Below, piece after piece: positions 7,441-17,728 of a DNA stretch of 62,462 nucleotides; position 1 is the stretch's first letter, and each line of letters begins with the position of its first letter. A program made the translations under genes and the position numbers. Source of the stretch: Polyangiaceae bacterium (GTDB lineage Bacteria; Myxococcota_A; Polyangia; Polyangiales; Polyangiaceae); the NCBI GenBank assembly GCA_033763455.1, contig JANRKO010000066.1:1-62462 (forward strand), written 5' to 3'. The notes under the pieces were generated by a model, which was given only the letters and a program-made list of their open reading frames with translations, did not search any database and had not been told where the DNA came from.

Positions 7441-9981
7441 ATGACCAACTTCTCGTTCAAGCCGGACCAACCCGAGCTCACCTCTCTCCTCGAAGAGATT
7501 CATCGTGGAGAGCTGCAACTACCTGACTTTCAGCGGAGCTGGGTATGGGACGATGATCGTATCCGCGACCTTCTAGCGTCGGTGTCGCTCGGCTGGCCCG
7601 TAGGCGCCATCCTGCTCCTTGAGTGTGGAGGTCAAGTCAGATTCAAGGCTCGCGAGTTCGAGGGCGCGCCGCCGACACAGGGGCGTGAACGTCGGCTCGT
7701 GCTCGACGGTCAGCAGCGCCTCACGAGTCTTTACCTTGTGCTGCGCAGCGGCAAGCCGGTGCAAACCGAACGGAAGCAGCAAAAGATCGAGCGGCTATAC
7801 TACCTCGACATCAGAGGTTGTTTAAATCCGGAACTCGATCGCAAGGAGGCCATCCTATCGGTGCCTCCCAACCGGCAGCTGCGCTCTGATTTCGACCGCA
7901 AGATCGAAATGGACTTGAGCAGCTCGGCCCTCGAGTACGAGAAGTTTTGCATCCCGCTTTCCGTGGCCTTTTCCGGTAACGAGACGCGCGCATGGCGTCG
8001 AGGCCTGAATGAGTTCCATCACCATGCCAAGGAGGTCAGTGAGTTGTGGGACCAGTTCGAAGAAGAAGTGGTGGGGTCCCTGCAGACTTACCGGGTGCCC
8101 GCCATCGAGCTCGCTCGCGACACGAGTCGCGAGGCGGTGTGCATGGTGTTCGAGAAGGTCAACACGGGCGGAAAGCCGCTGGATGTATTTGAACTCGTCA
8201 CTGCTTCGTTCGCCATCGACGATTTCAACCTGCGGGACGATTGGAAGTTACGCAGCGAGCGGCTAGCGGTGCGGCCAATCCTGAAGGAATTTGCCTCTGC
8301 CGAGTTTCTGCAGGCAGTGACGTTGGTAGCGTCACATGCCCGCTCCATCCGCGGAGGAGGAGCCGTCGGTTGTCGACGCGCCGACGTGCTTAGGCTGAGC
8401 TTGGCCGAGTACAAGACGCATGCCGATTCCGTCGAGCAGGGCTTGCATCGAGTGGCGCAGCTGCTTGACCGTGAATGCATATACGATGCGGCATACGTCC
8501 CCTACGCTTCGCAGCTCATCCCGTTAGCAGCCGTGGCCGCGCATTTGGGCGCCGCGTTCTTGGAGGAGCCGGCACGAAGCAAGATCCTGCGCTGGTACTG
8601 GTGCGGCGTATTCGGAGAGCTCTACGGCGGAACCACAGAGACGCGCTTTGCGCGAGACATGGCGCAGGTTCCGGCTTGGATCGACGGGGGACCAGAACCG
8701 GTAACGGTGCGAGACTGCAATTTTTCGCCGCCAAGACTACTCACGCTCCGAACCAAGCTGAGCGCGGCATACAAGGGCTTCATGGCCCAGCTGCTGCAGA
8801 CGGGAGCGCGCGATTTCTATCAGGGCGACGAGGTGGAGCGTTCACGCTATTTCCAGGACAAAGTGGACATTCATCATGTCTTTCCGAAAGCTTGGTGCGA
8901 GAGCCAGAAGATCGACAAGGACCGGTACGACAGCATTCTGAACAAGACCCCGCAGACGGCACGAACGAACAAGCGGGTCGGAGGGAAGGCGCCCAGCATC
9001 TACCTGGAGAAGATCGAACAAGACGGCATCGGCGACCTCGACACGATTCTTCAATCCCACCTACTCACGCCGGCAAGCTTGCGCGCTGACGATTTCAACG
9101 GCTTCCTGCGGGAGCGCGCCCGGAGCCTGCTCGACCGTGTGGAAACAGTAACCGGCAAGGCTGTACAAGGGCGAGACTCGGAAGAAGTCGTCACCGAATT
9201 CGGGGGCGACCTGCTCGCGCACGTTGTGCCACCACCAACGGAAAACGCCGTGCAGCGACTGTTCGAGAAATACGAGGTCCTCGAAAAGCTGCCTTCTGGC
9301 GGGATGTCCGAAGGATTCAAAGTCAAGGCTGCGGACGGAGCTATCTCGTTTCTCAAGCGCGTGCCCACGAGCGGGATACCGGCTGATGCCCTCCGGCGCG
9401 AGTTGGATATTTATGCCCGCCTCGAGCGCGCCTCTGCAGTCCATGTACTCGGGATCCGGAGTTTCGAGCGGAGCGCCGACGACTTTGCTCTGGTAACCGA
9501 GTTTGCTGACGGGGGCTCTCTCGCCGAGCATGTCACCAGACAGGGCACCCTGGCTGCCGCTGAGGCCAAGGCCATCGCACTGAACGTGCTCGCGGGGCTG
9601 AGCGAGCTGCACTCGTTGGACATCATTCACCGGGATCTGAAGCCTGAAAACGTGTTCCTTTCGGCGGGCAAGTGGAAGCTCGGAGACTTCGGCATCTCCA
9701 AGTCACTCGCTCGCCTCGCCACCCAGGGTCGTACCTTTCAGGGACACGGCACGCTCGGGTTCTCTCCACCCGAGCAACTGGATGGCGCCGAGGCCCATCC
9801 GAGCGCCGACATCTATGCCTTTGGCAAGTTGCTGGCGTTCCTCTTGTCCGGGCAGACCGACGTAGACCAGATCCGCTGGCCAAACTGGGCCCGCATCGCG
9901 CGCGATTGCACAGCGCGAGCGGCGAGCGCGCGACCTACGCTCGACGACTTAGAGACCGCCGTCGGCAAGATCGACTCGTGA
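7441..9981 (+). CDS. GmrSD-like DUF262 + DUF1524 (HNH) protein fused to a C-terminal Hanks-type Ser/Thr kinase
   Basis: LPDFQRSWVW, LDGQQRLTSL, FEKVNTGG (DUF262); DIHHVFPK...ILNK..TN (DUF1524); SGGMS, FLK, HRDLKPEN, DFG, SPPE (kinase). Confidence 0.88.
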   Translation: MTNFSFKPDQPELTSLLEEIHRGELQLPDFQRSWVWDDDRIRDLLASVSLGWPVGAILLLECGGQVRFKAREFEGAPPTQGRERRLVLDGQQRLTSLYLVLRSGKPVQTERKQQKIERLYYLDIRGCLNPELDRKEAILSVPPNRQLRSDFDRKIEMDLSSSALEYEKFCIPLSVAFSGNETRAWRRGLNEFHHHAKEVSELWDQFEEEVVGSLQTYRVPAIELARDTSREAVCMVFEKVNTGGKPLDVFELVTASFAIDDFNLRDDWKLRSERLAVRPILKEFASAEFLQAVTLVASHARSIRGGGAVGCRRADVLRLSLAEYKTHADSVEQGLHRVAQLLDRECIYDAAYVPYASQLIPLAAVAAHLGAAFLEEPARSKILRWYWCGVFGELYGGTTETRFARDMAQVPAWIDGGPEPVTVRDCNFSPPRLLTLRTKLSAAYKGFMAQLLQTGARDFYQGDEVERSRYFQDKVDIHHVFPKAWCESQKIDKDRYDSILNKTPQTARTNKRVGGKAPSIYLEKIEQDGIGDLDTILQSHLLTPASLRADDFNGFLRERARSLLDRVETVTGKAVQGRDSEEVVTEFGGDLLAHVVPPPTENAVQRLFEKYEVLEKLPSGGMSEGFKVKAADGAISFLKRVPTSGIPADALRRELDIYARLERASAVHVLGIRSFERSADDFALVTEFADGGSLAEHVTRQGTLAAAEAKAIALNVLAGLSELHSLDIIHRDLKPENVFLSAGKWKLGDFGISKSLARLATQGRTFQGHGTLGFSPPEQLDGAEAHPSADIYAFGKLLAFLLSGQTDVDQIRWPNWARIARDCTARAASARPTLDDLETAVGKIDS

Positions 9982-10057
9982 ATGCTTGGAGGAGGAGGCC
10001 GGACAGGCCTAGTCAGCATATCCCCACTTCTCCCGCAACACCGTTGGAGGATCGACC

Positions 10058-13000
10058 ATGCATCGCTCCCAAGACCACTTAACCTTCGCCGCCACGGACC
10101 TATCCTCGTTCTTCGAGTGTGAGCACCGAAGCGTTCTCGATCTCGAAGTGTTGGACGGCAACCTTACGCGACCGCTGCAGAACGACTTAGAGCGCCGAAT
10201 ACTCCAGCAGCGGGGTCGCGATCACGAAGCGAGAGTGCTGGACTTGTACTGGCGCCAAGGGCTCACGATCGCCAGCGTTCCCGAGGAACTGTCCGCGGGT
10301 CTCGGTGCCGATGCCTGTTCGGCAACCATAGCAGCGATGGCGAGGGGAGCAGATGTCATCTATCAAGGCGCGCTCGAACACGGCAACTGGGTGGGCCGCC
10401 CGGACTTCTTGATCCGAACAGCTGCTCCGGCGGGGCTGAAGAGTAGCTTTGGCGACCACATCTACGAACCAGTGGACGCGAAGCTCGCGCGCGAGGAGAA
10501 GGCACGGGCCGTGTTGCAGCTGTGTGCCTACGCGGACCAGCTATCAGGGATTCAAGGCGTTTTGCCGCTTCGCATGTGGTTGGCGCTGGGCAAGCGCGAG
10601 GCAGCGCTGCACGAGCTAAACACGGCGGACTACATGGCCTACTTCGGCCGAGCGAAACATCAGTTGGAAGCGTTCGCTACCCGAGAGCCTCGCCCCGCGC
10701 CTTACCCCGAGCCCGTCAGTTATTGCGACGTCTGCGAGTTTTGGCAGCACTGCGACGCCCGTCGTCGCAAAGACGATCACCTTTCGTTGGTAGCGAGCTC
10801 AACGCGTAAGCAACGATCGAGACTCGAACAGAGTGGAACCTCCACGCTTCTCGCGCTGGCAAAGCTGCCACCCGACTCTGAAGTCCGAGGTATCGATCGG
10901 GCGGTGCTCGCATCGGTTCGACAACAGGCTTGCACACAGTACGAAGCGCGGCTGAGCGGAAAACCTCGCTACGATTTGCGGCGCGATTTCGATCCCGGAT
11001 ATGGCCTGGAGCTGCTGCCCGAGCCCAAGCCTGGCGACCTTTTTCTCGATCTCGAGGGCGACGCCTTCGCGGCCGACGGCGGACTCGAATACCTTTTCGG
11101 ATTGTTGGAACTAGGTGAGCCAAGCTACTTCGACCTGCGCGACGCGCCCGGCGAGCCCAATTATCTACGTTTTTGGGCGAAGAACCCCGCTGAGGAAAAA
11201 GCTGCCTTCGAACAAATCGTCGATCGCATCAAACGGGGACGCGAGGAATTCGCGACCATGCACGTGTTTCATTTCGGGCATCGAGAGAACGACGCGCTCA
11301 AGAAGCTCTCCTGCAAGCACGCTACGCGCGAGGAAGACGTCGACACGCTCCTCCGCGAACACGTGCTCATCGATTTGCACACGGTGGTTCGCCAGAGCCT
11401 CTGGGCTTCGGTGGAGGCCTACACTCTCAAGGAGCTGGAAGCGCAGCACGGCTTCACTCGCAGCATTTCCCGGAGAGAGTCGACGCGGGCCATGCAGATC
11501 TATGGCTGGTGGCTTGAAACCGAAGAGGCGTACGACGACCTGGCACAAGTTCGGCACACGCTCGAGCAATACAACAAAGAGGATTGCCTCTCGACGTGGC
11601 GGCTGCGCAATTGGCTGGAATCGCTGCGTCCAGAGCTTGCCGAGCTGATCGGTCGCCCATTGACGCGGCCTGCTCGGTACGAACCTCCACAGAAGAAGGA
11701 GGGAGACGATAAGAACGCCGAAACTGAGCAAGTGGCCCGGCAACTGCGTAACGGTCTGCCTCCGCTCCCTGCGGAGGATACACGTGAACAACGGGGGAAG
11801 CGGCTGCTCGCGGATCTCTTGGGCTGGCACTGGCGAGAACTTAAGTCCAGCTATTGGGAGTACTACGCGGCCAAAGACGAACCTCCGACCGAGTGGCGAG
11901 AGAGCCGCCTTGTGCTCGACGGGCTCCAGTACCAGAAGGTTGTAAAAGCGGTAAAACGTTCTTATGTACACCGCTACGAGTTCCCGCCTCAGGAGCACGC
12001 CGTGCGCACTTTTCCGGACGCTGAGATCGCGGGGACAGAGAAGCAGACCGTAGATTTAGTCGCGATTGGCGCCGACTACGTCGACATCAAGCGCGGCAAG
12101 GACTCGCCCGCGGGGCACCCGGCTGCCCTCCGCCCGGGGCGTCCCCGGCCCAGCACTGACCAAGAGCGGCAATTGCTGGAAATTGCGAAATCCGTTACTG
12201 CCAACGGATTCAGCGAAGAGACCGAATATCGCGCGGCGCAAGACCTACTGCTCACTCGCGCCCCGCGTTGCGGGCAGGCCCCAGATGCTCCCTTGGTCAA
12301 CGAGGGGGAAGACATGACCGAAGCCCTCAAGCGGCTCTGCCTCAACCTCGACAGGTCAACGCTTTCGATCCAAGGCCCGCCGGGTTCAGGAAAAACCTAC
12401 CAAGCAACACACGCAATTTTGGCCCTCGTGCGTGCGGGGCGTCGAGTCGGTGTCACCGCCAACAGCCACCAAGTCATCACCGAGCTGCTCAAGAAGCTGC
12501 ATCAGCTGGCGGGAGAGCAAGGCGAGGCGATCGCCATTCACCACGTCTGTGACCCGGAACGCTTCGAGGAGAACCCGCTCCCCTTCACGATCGACAAGGA
12601 CTACAAGAAAACCGCAACTCGTTTGGCAAACGGTACGGTTCAAGTAGTTGGGGGCACCTCTTTTGCCTGGGCGAGTGCGGCTCTGAAGAACAGTGTGGAT
12701 GTCCTATTCATCGAAGAAGCAGGGCAGCTCTCGCTTGCCAACGCCCTAGCCGTATCGCCAGCGGCCAAAAGCCTCGTTTTGCTCGGTGATCCAGCTCAGC
12801 TCGAACAACCAACGAAGGGTGCTCATCCTCCTGGTGCGGAGATCTCTGCGCTCGAGCACATACTCGGCAGCGCCGTGACGATGCCAGCACACCTCGGCGT
12901 GTTTCTCCCTGAAACGCGGCGGTTGCACCCGGACATTTGCGCATTCACTTCCCGAATCTTCTACGAAGATCGCTTAAAGCCTGTGCCCGGCCTTGAGCGC

Positions 13001-13540
13001 CAGCGAATCAACGGGCCTGGGCCGTGGGCGGGCAGCGGCCTGCGCTATCTACCCGTGGAGCACACCGGCAATACCAATCGGTCCGACGAAGAGATCGAAA
13101 AGATCGCCGCGATTGTGGACCAGCTGTTTTCTGCAAACATGACCTTTCGAGACAGCAAGGGCAACGAGCGCCCGCTGCACGTCGGCGAAGGCAAAAAGGA
13201 TGTGCTCGTCGTTGCGCCCTACAACGTGCAAGTCGCTGCACTGAAGAATCACTTGCCCGCAGACCGGGTCGAAGTCGGCACGGTTGACAAATTCCAGGGC
13301 AAAGAAGCCCCCATCGTTATCTATTCGATGACCACATCGAGCGGCGACGAAGCGCCACGCGGCCTTGAATTCCTCTACAGTCTCAATCGCTTCAACGTTG
13401 CCACCTCGCGCGCTCAAGGCCTCGTTATCCTCGTCGCTTGCCCAACGCTATTGCGCGCCCGCTGCAGCACGCCGAGGCACTTGAAGTTGGTCAACGCCCT
13501 TTGCGCTTACTTGGAACGGGCAGAAGTCGTCACGGCGTGA
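10058..13540 (+). CDS. TM0106-family RecB-like nuclease + RNase H-like domain + SF1B (DNA2/UPF1-like) helicase
   Basis: ATDLSSFFECEH, GRPDFL..YEPVDAKL, FLDLEG, YNKEDC, QGPPGSGKT, IEEAGQ, LGDPAQL, TVDKFQGKE, RFNVATSRA. Confidence 0.88.
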   Translation: MHRSQDHLTFAATDLSSFFECEHRSVLDLEVLDGNLTRPLQNDLERRILQQRGRDHEARVLDLYWRQGLTIASVPEELSAGLGADACSATIAAMARGADVIYQGALEHGNWVGRPDFLIRTAAPAGLKSSFGDHIYEPVDAKLAREEKARAVLQLCAYADQLSGIQGVLPLRMWLALGKREAALHELNTADYMAYFGRAKHQLEAFATREPRPAPYPEPVSYCDVCEFWQHCDARRRKDDHLSLVASSTRKQRSRLEQSGTSTLLALAKLPPDSEVRGIDRAVLASVRQQACTQYEARLSGKPRYDLRRDFDPGYGLELLPEPKPGDLFLDLEGDAFAADGGLEYLFGLLELGEPSYFDLRDAPGEPNYLRFWAKNPAEEKAAFEQIVDRIKRGREEFATMHVFHFGHRENDALKKLSCKHATREEDVDTLLREHVLIDLHTVVRQSLWASVEAYTLKELEAQHGFTRSISRRESTRAMQIYGWWLETEEAYDDLAQVRHTLEQYNKEDCLSTWRLRNWLESLRPELAELIGRPLTRPARYEPPQKKEGDDKNAETEQVARQLRNGLPPLPAEDTREQRGKRLLADLLGWHWRELKSSYWEYYAAKDEPPTEWRESRLVLDGLQYQKVVKAVKRSYVHRYEFPPQEHAVRTFPDAEIAGTEKQTVDLVAIGADYVDIKRGKDSPAGHPAALRPGRPRPSTDQERQLLEIAKSVTANGFSEETEYRAAQDLLLTRAPRCGQAPDAPLVNEGEDMTEALKRLCLNLDRSTLSIQGPPGSGKTYQATHAILALVRAGRRVGVTANSHQVITELLKKLHQLAGEQGEAIAIHHVCDPERFEENPLPFTIDKDYKKTATRLANGTVQVVGGTSFAWASAALKNSVDVLFIEEAGQLSLANALAVSPAAKSLVLLGDPAQLEQPTKGAHPPGAEISALEHILGSAVTMPAHLGVFLPETRRLHPDICAFTSRIFYEDRLKPVPGLERQRINGPGPWAGSGLRYLPVEHTGNTNRSDEEIEKIAAIVDQLFSANMTFRDSKGNERPLHVGEGKKDVLVVAPYNVQVAALKNHLPADRVEVGTVDKFQGKEAPIVIYSMTTSSGDEAPRGLEFLYSLNRFNVATSRAQGLVILVACPTLLRARCSTPRHLKLVNALCAYLERAEVVTA

Positions 13541-13580
13541 GCTCACGCTGCGTGACTATCCAAACCCCACGAAAGTCACC

Positions 13581-15767
13581 TCACGGTGCGCACTTAAACA
13601 CCTGGAATTCATTGGTGCCCATCACGAGGTCCTGGAATGGACCAGGCTTGGCTTTGCCGTCTTGCGGAATCGGTTTGCCCAAGAAATCTGTGGTGATGCC
13701 AGCGTAGGCTTCGGAGCCCGTCGCCGCGGGGTCAAAATCTACGTTGATGGTGAGCTTCATGGTCTTTCGATCGATGGTGGCTTTCAGCCCTGTCGAAAGC
13801 AGGCTGCGGGCGTCGTGGGGCTCGTTGTGAAACGCCCAGAACGCTTTCCACTCGTCGAAGTTCACACCAATGGCCGTGAACCCGACACGGAATGCGCTCG
13901 GTGAAGCTGGCGCCGCGGCGCCCAAGTCCGTGAAAATCTGCATGGCGAGAGCGGCATTATCGGCAAAAGGCGTATTGGTGGGGGTGCCGTTCATGGGGCA
14001 ATGCACGTTGATGTTGAATGGCCTCATCAAGGTTTCGCTGTAGACGTTGAAGTCGGTACGGTTGTTGGTGCTAGCGCCGCACGGGTAGGGGACGCTCAGC
14101 ACGCCGCCTTCGCTTGCGCCCATGAGGTTGTTCAACGTTAGATTATTTGCCGAATTCGCCACTCGCGTCGTCACGCGGCCCTGGAAGTAGCCTTCGCCAT
14201 GCGAGAGATACTGATTCGAACCTGTAGTGCCGTAGATGAGATTGTGGATCACCTGCGCGGAGGATGTGTCGTGGTTGTAGATGCTGTTGTGGAGGTTGTC
14301 GACAAAGACGTTGTTGTCGATAAGTGACGGTGAATCAGCCCGGCCGAGCTCCACAAATACCGCGCGTTTGTTGCCCACGAACACGTTGCGCGTGATGCGC
14401 GGGTTACGGTTGCCCGCGTCGAAGTACATGCCAAAGGTGTTGTTATCGAGGAATAGATTGTCCGCGAGCAGGAAGTTGCTCGTGTAGTGGACCTTGATGG
14501 ATGCTGATTCTGCGCCTTCCTGCGGATCCAGCCAGTTGTTGCGCAGGAAAACGTTGTTGGTCACACGGATGTTAGCGCCACCCATGGACATAATGGCGTC
14601 GGTGCCGTTGTCCGCGAAAACGTTGTTCCGGATGATGTGCCCGTCAGTCGCGCGGATGCGGGTTTGGTCTTTGCCTTCGATATCGACCTTGCCGTTGACT
14701 TCGCCTTCACCGCCGCAATCTAACCCGAGAGCATTGGCCTGGCGGATAATGTTGTTTTCAATCACCCAGTGGTGCCCGCTGCGAGCGCCCACCATGCCGG
14801 CTTGTTGCTCTGCAAATGCGTTAGGATCGTAAAAGCCACCAGGATATTGGTTGGCGCAGTGCTCGATCGTGAAGCCGCTCAGGGTGATGTAGCCCAGCCC
14901 ACGCAGGTGTGGCGCAAACACACGCCGTTCGGTAGTGAGCTCCACGGTGCTCATGGCAGGCAATTTCCCCGTAGGAAAATGGACGTAGATGGCTTTTTCG
15001 GCTGCTACGTAGTGCCACGTGCCGGGGCGCAGGATGATGTCCGCCAGCGCCTCCATTTGCACCATGCGTTCGCTATCCACGAACACTTGCCCGAGTGTCA
15101 TCGTGGCAACGCGGGCGAGCGGGATGAGCAGAGGATTCGCTCCGTCGATTTGGCTCGTGTCTGTGAAAAGTGCTGGATCGGGAATGGCTTTCCAAATGTT
15201 ATCCCCCTGGGGAGCCGCTTCCCATTGCGGTTTCCAAACCTGAGAGCCCTTAAGGGTCACTTGTTTGCCAGGCTCCGCCATGTACGTAATGGGCATGCCC
15301 ATGGCTCCACCCCGAGGTGGGGCGATGCGGCCGCGATAGGTGCCTTCGTGTACGAGCACTGTGTCACCGGGCATGGCAAGATCGGCGGCCTTTTGGATTG
15401 TCGCCAAAGGAGCCATCGCCGAGCCATCGTTGGTGTCAGCGCCTGTCATGGCGACGTGCAGCACCTTTCCGGTCGCCGGAATAACTGCCGGTGGCAAGAT
15501 GGGACGGCAGTTCAGCTGGCCTTCGTCTACGGGTTTTAGTAGTTCGCCCATGGGCACCGGTGTCGGCTTCACCGACGCGGTGCCACCTGTGGGCATCGAG
15601 GCGGTGCCGCCTGAACCCATCTCTGAGCCTCCAGTTGTATTGGCGGTATCTGCCGAAATGAGTGAGCCGGTAGAATCGCTAGAGCACGACGCGAGCCACT
15701 GAAAAGCCAGAAATAGAGGCGTGGCGGGCTTCAGAAGGTGGGTCCAATGTCGGGTACTTGTTTGCAT
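13581..15767 (-). CDS. Secreted/lipoprotein right-handed parallel beta-helix protein (DUF1565-like N-terminus)
   Basis: Signal-like N-terminus ending LASC; TIQKAADLAMPGDTVLVHEGTYR; repeated I.NN.F..N beta-helix strands. Confidence 0.75.
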   Translation of the reverse strand: MQTSTRHWTHLLKPATPLFLAFQWLASCSSDSTGSLISADTANTTGGSEMGSGGTASMPTGGTASVKPTPVPMGELLKPVDEGQLNCRPILPPAVIPATGKVLHVAMTGADTNDGSAMAPLATIQKAADLAMPGDTVLVHEGTYRGRIAPPRGGAMGMPITYMAEPGKQVTLKGSQVWKPQWEAAPQGDNIWKAIPDPALFTDTSQIDGANPLLIPLARVATMTLGQVFVDSERMVQMEALADIILRPGTWHYVAAEKAIYVHFPTGKLPAMSTVELTTERRVFAPHLRGLGYITLSGFTIEHCANQYPGGFYDPNAFAEQQAGMVGARSGHHWVIENNIIRQANALGLDCGGEGEVNGKVDIEGKDQTRIRATDGHIIRNNVFADNGTDAIMSMGGANIRVTNNVFLRNNWLDPQEGAESASIKVHYTSNFLLADNLFLDNNTFGMYFDAGNRNPRITRNVFVGNKRAVFVELGRADSPSLIDNNVFVDNLHNSIYNHDTSSAQVIHNLIYGTTGSNQYLSHGEGYFQGRVTTRVANSANNLTLNNLMGASEGGVLSVPYPCGASTNNRTDFNVYSETLMRPFNINVHCPMNGTPTNTPFADNAALAMQIFTDLGAAAPASPSAFRVGFTAIGVNFDEWKAFWAFHNEPHDARSLLSTGLKATIDRKTMKLTINVDFDPAATGSEAYAGITTDFLGKPIPQDGKAKPGPFQDLVMGTNEFQVFKCAP

Positions 15768-15992
15768 GAGGTGTTTCCTTGGCCTGTAGTGTCGAAGGCC
15801 GCTTTGCCGTCTTCATCAGGCTGCGTGGCAAATCTACCCCTGCTCAACGTGGCGCTCATGCGTCCATTTGTCTTAAGCTCTGCACAAAACGTCTTCATTT
15901 CACCCGGCTGCGACAAGCGGGTGCGTTCCTGCGGCAACATCTTCGGCGCAGTGCTTGACCCAGCCACACGGGGCACCTACCGAGGGATCTGC

Positions 15993-16520
15993 GTGTTTCT
16001 TCGTCCTTCAGCTCTTCTGTTCCTAGCGTGCCTCTTAACAACCGTTGCGGCGGAGGCTGAGCTGCCTCCCGAGCAGAGCAAATCCTTCATCGGAGTGAGT
16101 GCTTTCCCGCTAGCGAGTGACGAAACGTTTGGCGCAGGGCTGAACGCGGGCTGGACACGCGATTGGTATGCGTTCTCCGTGCGGGAGAGCTTCATGCTCT
16201 CGCCCACACGTTATGCTACGGCGGAGAACCTCCAACGTATCACTCGTCGAGTTTCGTTCGAGATGACTGCGGAGGCTGTGTTGCGCGCGGGCCACTTTGT
16301 GTTTTACGGTGGACCTGGCGGAGCGGTACGGGTGGACAGGCTTGAGCGCATATTTGTGCTTGGGAACGGCTTTAGGCGGTCGACCGCCACGCAGACACTG
16401 GTACGCCCCGTGCTGACTCTTGGTGTGGTGGATAGGCTCGTTGATATGAGCGTGAACGCTTTTTTCGAGGGCAAGACGGTAGGTTTTCGCTTTGGGCTCG
16501 GGGTGGTCACCGACAGGTGA
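15993..16520 (+). CDS. Hypothetical secreted / outer-membrane beta-barrel-like protein
   Basis: In-frame GTG gives a signal-peptide-like N-terminus (FLRPSALLFLACLLTTVAAEA); amphipathic beta strands, C-terminal FRFGLGV. Confidence 0.45.
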   Translation: MFLRPSALLFLACLLTTVAAEAELPPEQSKSFIGVSAFPLASDETFGAGLNAGWTRDWYAFSVRESFMLSPTRYATAENLQRITRRVSFEMTAEAVLRAGHFVFYGGPGGAVRVDRLERIFVLGNGFRRSTATQTLVRPVLTLGVVDRLVDMSVNAFFEGKTVGFRFGLGVVTDR

Positions 16521-16585
16521 AGGCGAAAGAATTCAACCGCAAGGTTCGGAGTGCAGAAGGTTCCGCTAGGAGGTAGCCTCGGAGC

Positions 16586-17680
16586 GTGCCGGTCAAACGC
16601 TTGCTACCACCGCTCACAGGCGACCAAGATGCGCGTTGGCACGCGGTTAAGACTCGCGACCCTCGAGCCGAGGGGCTTTTTGTGTACGGAGTGACCACAA
16701 CGGGTATCTATTGCCGACCCACCTGCACGGCCAAGCTCCCGAAACCGGCAAACGTGCGCTTCTTTGCAAGTCCAAGGTTGGCGCAACAGGCGGGGTTTCG
16801 CGGCTGCAAGCGCTGTCGGCCCGAAGTGTCCCCAAAAACCGAGAACGCGCAAAGAGTCGCTGAGTGGTGCCGACTGCTGGAGGCTTCAGATGGAATTACT
16901 ACTCTCGGCGTACTCGCAAAGAAGGCGAAGCTCAGCCCATCGCACTTTCAACGCTCCTTCAAGGCCGCCACGGGCCTTTCGCCGCGCGCCTACGCGGCCG
17001 CCCAGCGAACTTTGCGCCTGCGCGAAGCCCTTCCCAAGAGTGGCAGTGTTACCGATGCGATGTTCGAGGTTGGGTACGGTTCAAGTGGCCGCTTTTACGA
17101 GACCGCCGGCGCAGCGCTAGGAATGCCGCCTCAGGTTTATCTCAAGGGTGGGCCCGGGCGTGACATCCAATTCGCCACGTTTCCGTGTGCGTTTGGTTTG
17201 GCTTTGGTTGCGGCCACCGCAATCGGGGTGTGCGCGATTTTTCTGGGCGAAAATCCCGACGCCATGGAGGCAGATCTGCGTCGCCGATTTTCCAAGGCGC
17301 GCTTCGTCCCCGGGGACGAAGCTTATCGAAAGCGTGTAGCTGAGGTGATTCAGGCGATTGACGGCAAACGCGGTTCAATCGATTTGCCGCTCGACATCGT
17401 GGGGACCGTGTTTCAAGAACGAGTGTGGCGAGCCTTGCTCAAGATCCCTCCTGGAAGCACCACAAGCTACGGAGCGCTCGCCGCTTCGGTGGGGGCGCCT
17501 AAATCGTATCGCGCCGTGGCTCAGGCGTGTGGGGCCAATCCTGTTGCGGTGCTGATCCCGTGTCACCGCGTAGTGAAAAATGATGGAGATATTTCGGGCT
17601 ACCGCTGGGGCGTGGAGCGCAAGCGAAAGCTCTTGGCACGGGAGGCGCGGGCTATTCGGAAGGGTTCCGAGAAACGCTGA
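16586..17680 (+). CDS. ada: Bifunctional transcriptional regulator / O6-methylguanine-DNA methyltransferase Ada
   Basis: CRPTC and CKRC Zn site, AraC HTH, IPCHRV active site. Confidence 0.95.
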   Translation: MPVKRLLPPLTGDQDARWHAVKTRDPRAEGLFVYGVTTTGIYCRPTCTAKLPKPANVRFFASPRLAQQAGFRGCKRCRPEVSPKTENAQRVAEWCRLLEASDGITTLGVLAKKAKLSPSHFQRSFKAATGLSPRAYAAAQRTLRLREALPKSGSVTDAMFEVGYGSSGRFYETAGAALGMPPQVYLKGGPGRDIQFATFPCAFGLALVAATAIGVCAIFLGENPDAMEADLRRRFSKARFVPGDEAYRKRVAEVIQAIDGKRGSIDLPLDIVGTVFQERVWRALLKIPPGSTTSYGALAASVGAPKSYRAVAQACGANPVAVLIPCHRVVKNDGDISGYRWGVERKRKLLAREARAIRKGSEKR

Positions 17681-17728
17681 GTGGAACTACTCGAACTCGA
17701 TGCTCAATCGGGTATACTTACCTGCCTG

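Noticed and set aside
5165..13540. Calling the PLD/kinase/helicase genes Mokosh, or the cyclase Pycsar
   Set aside because: Domain order and partners do not match those systems; no cNMP-binding effector is visible
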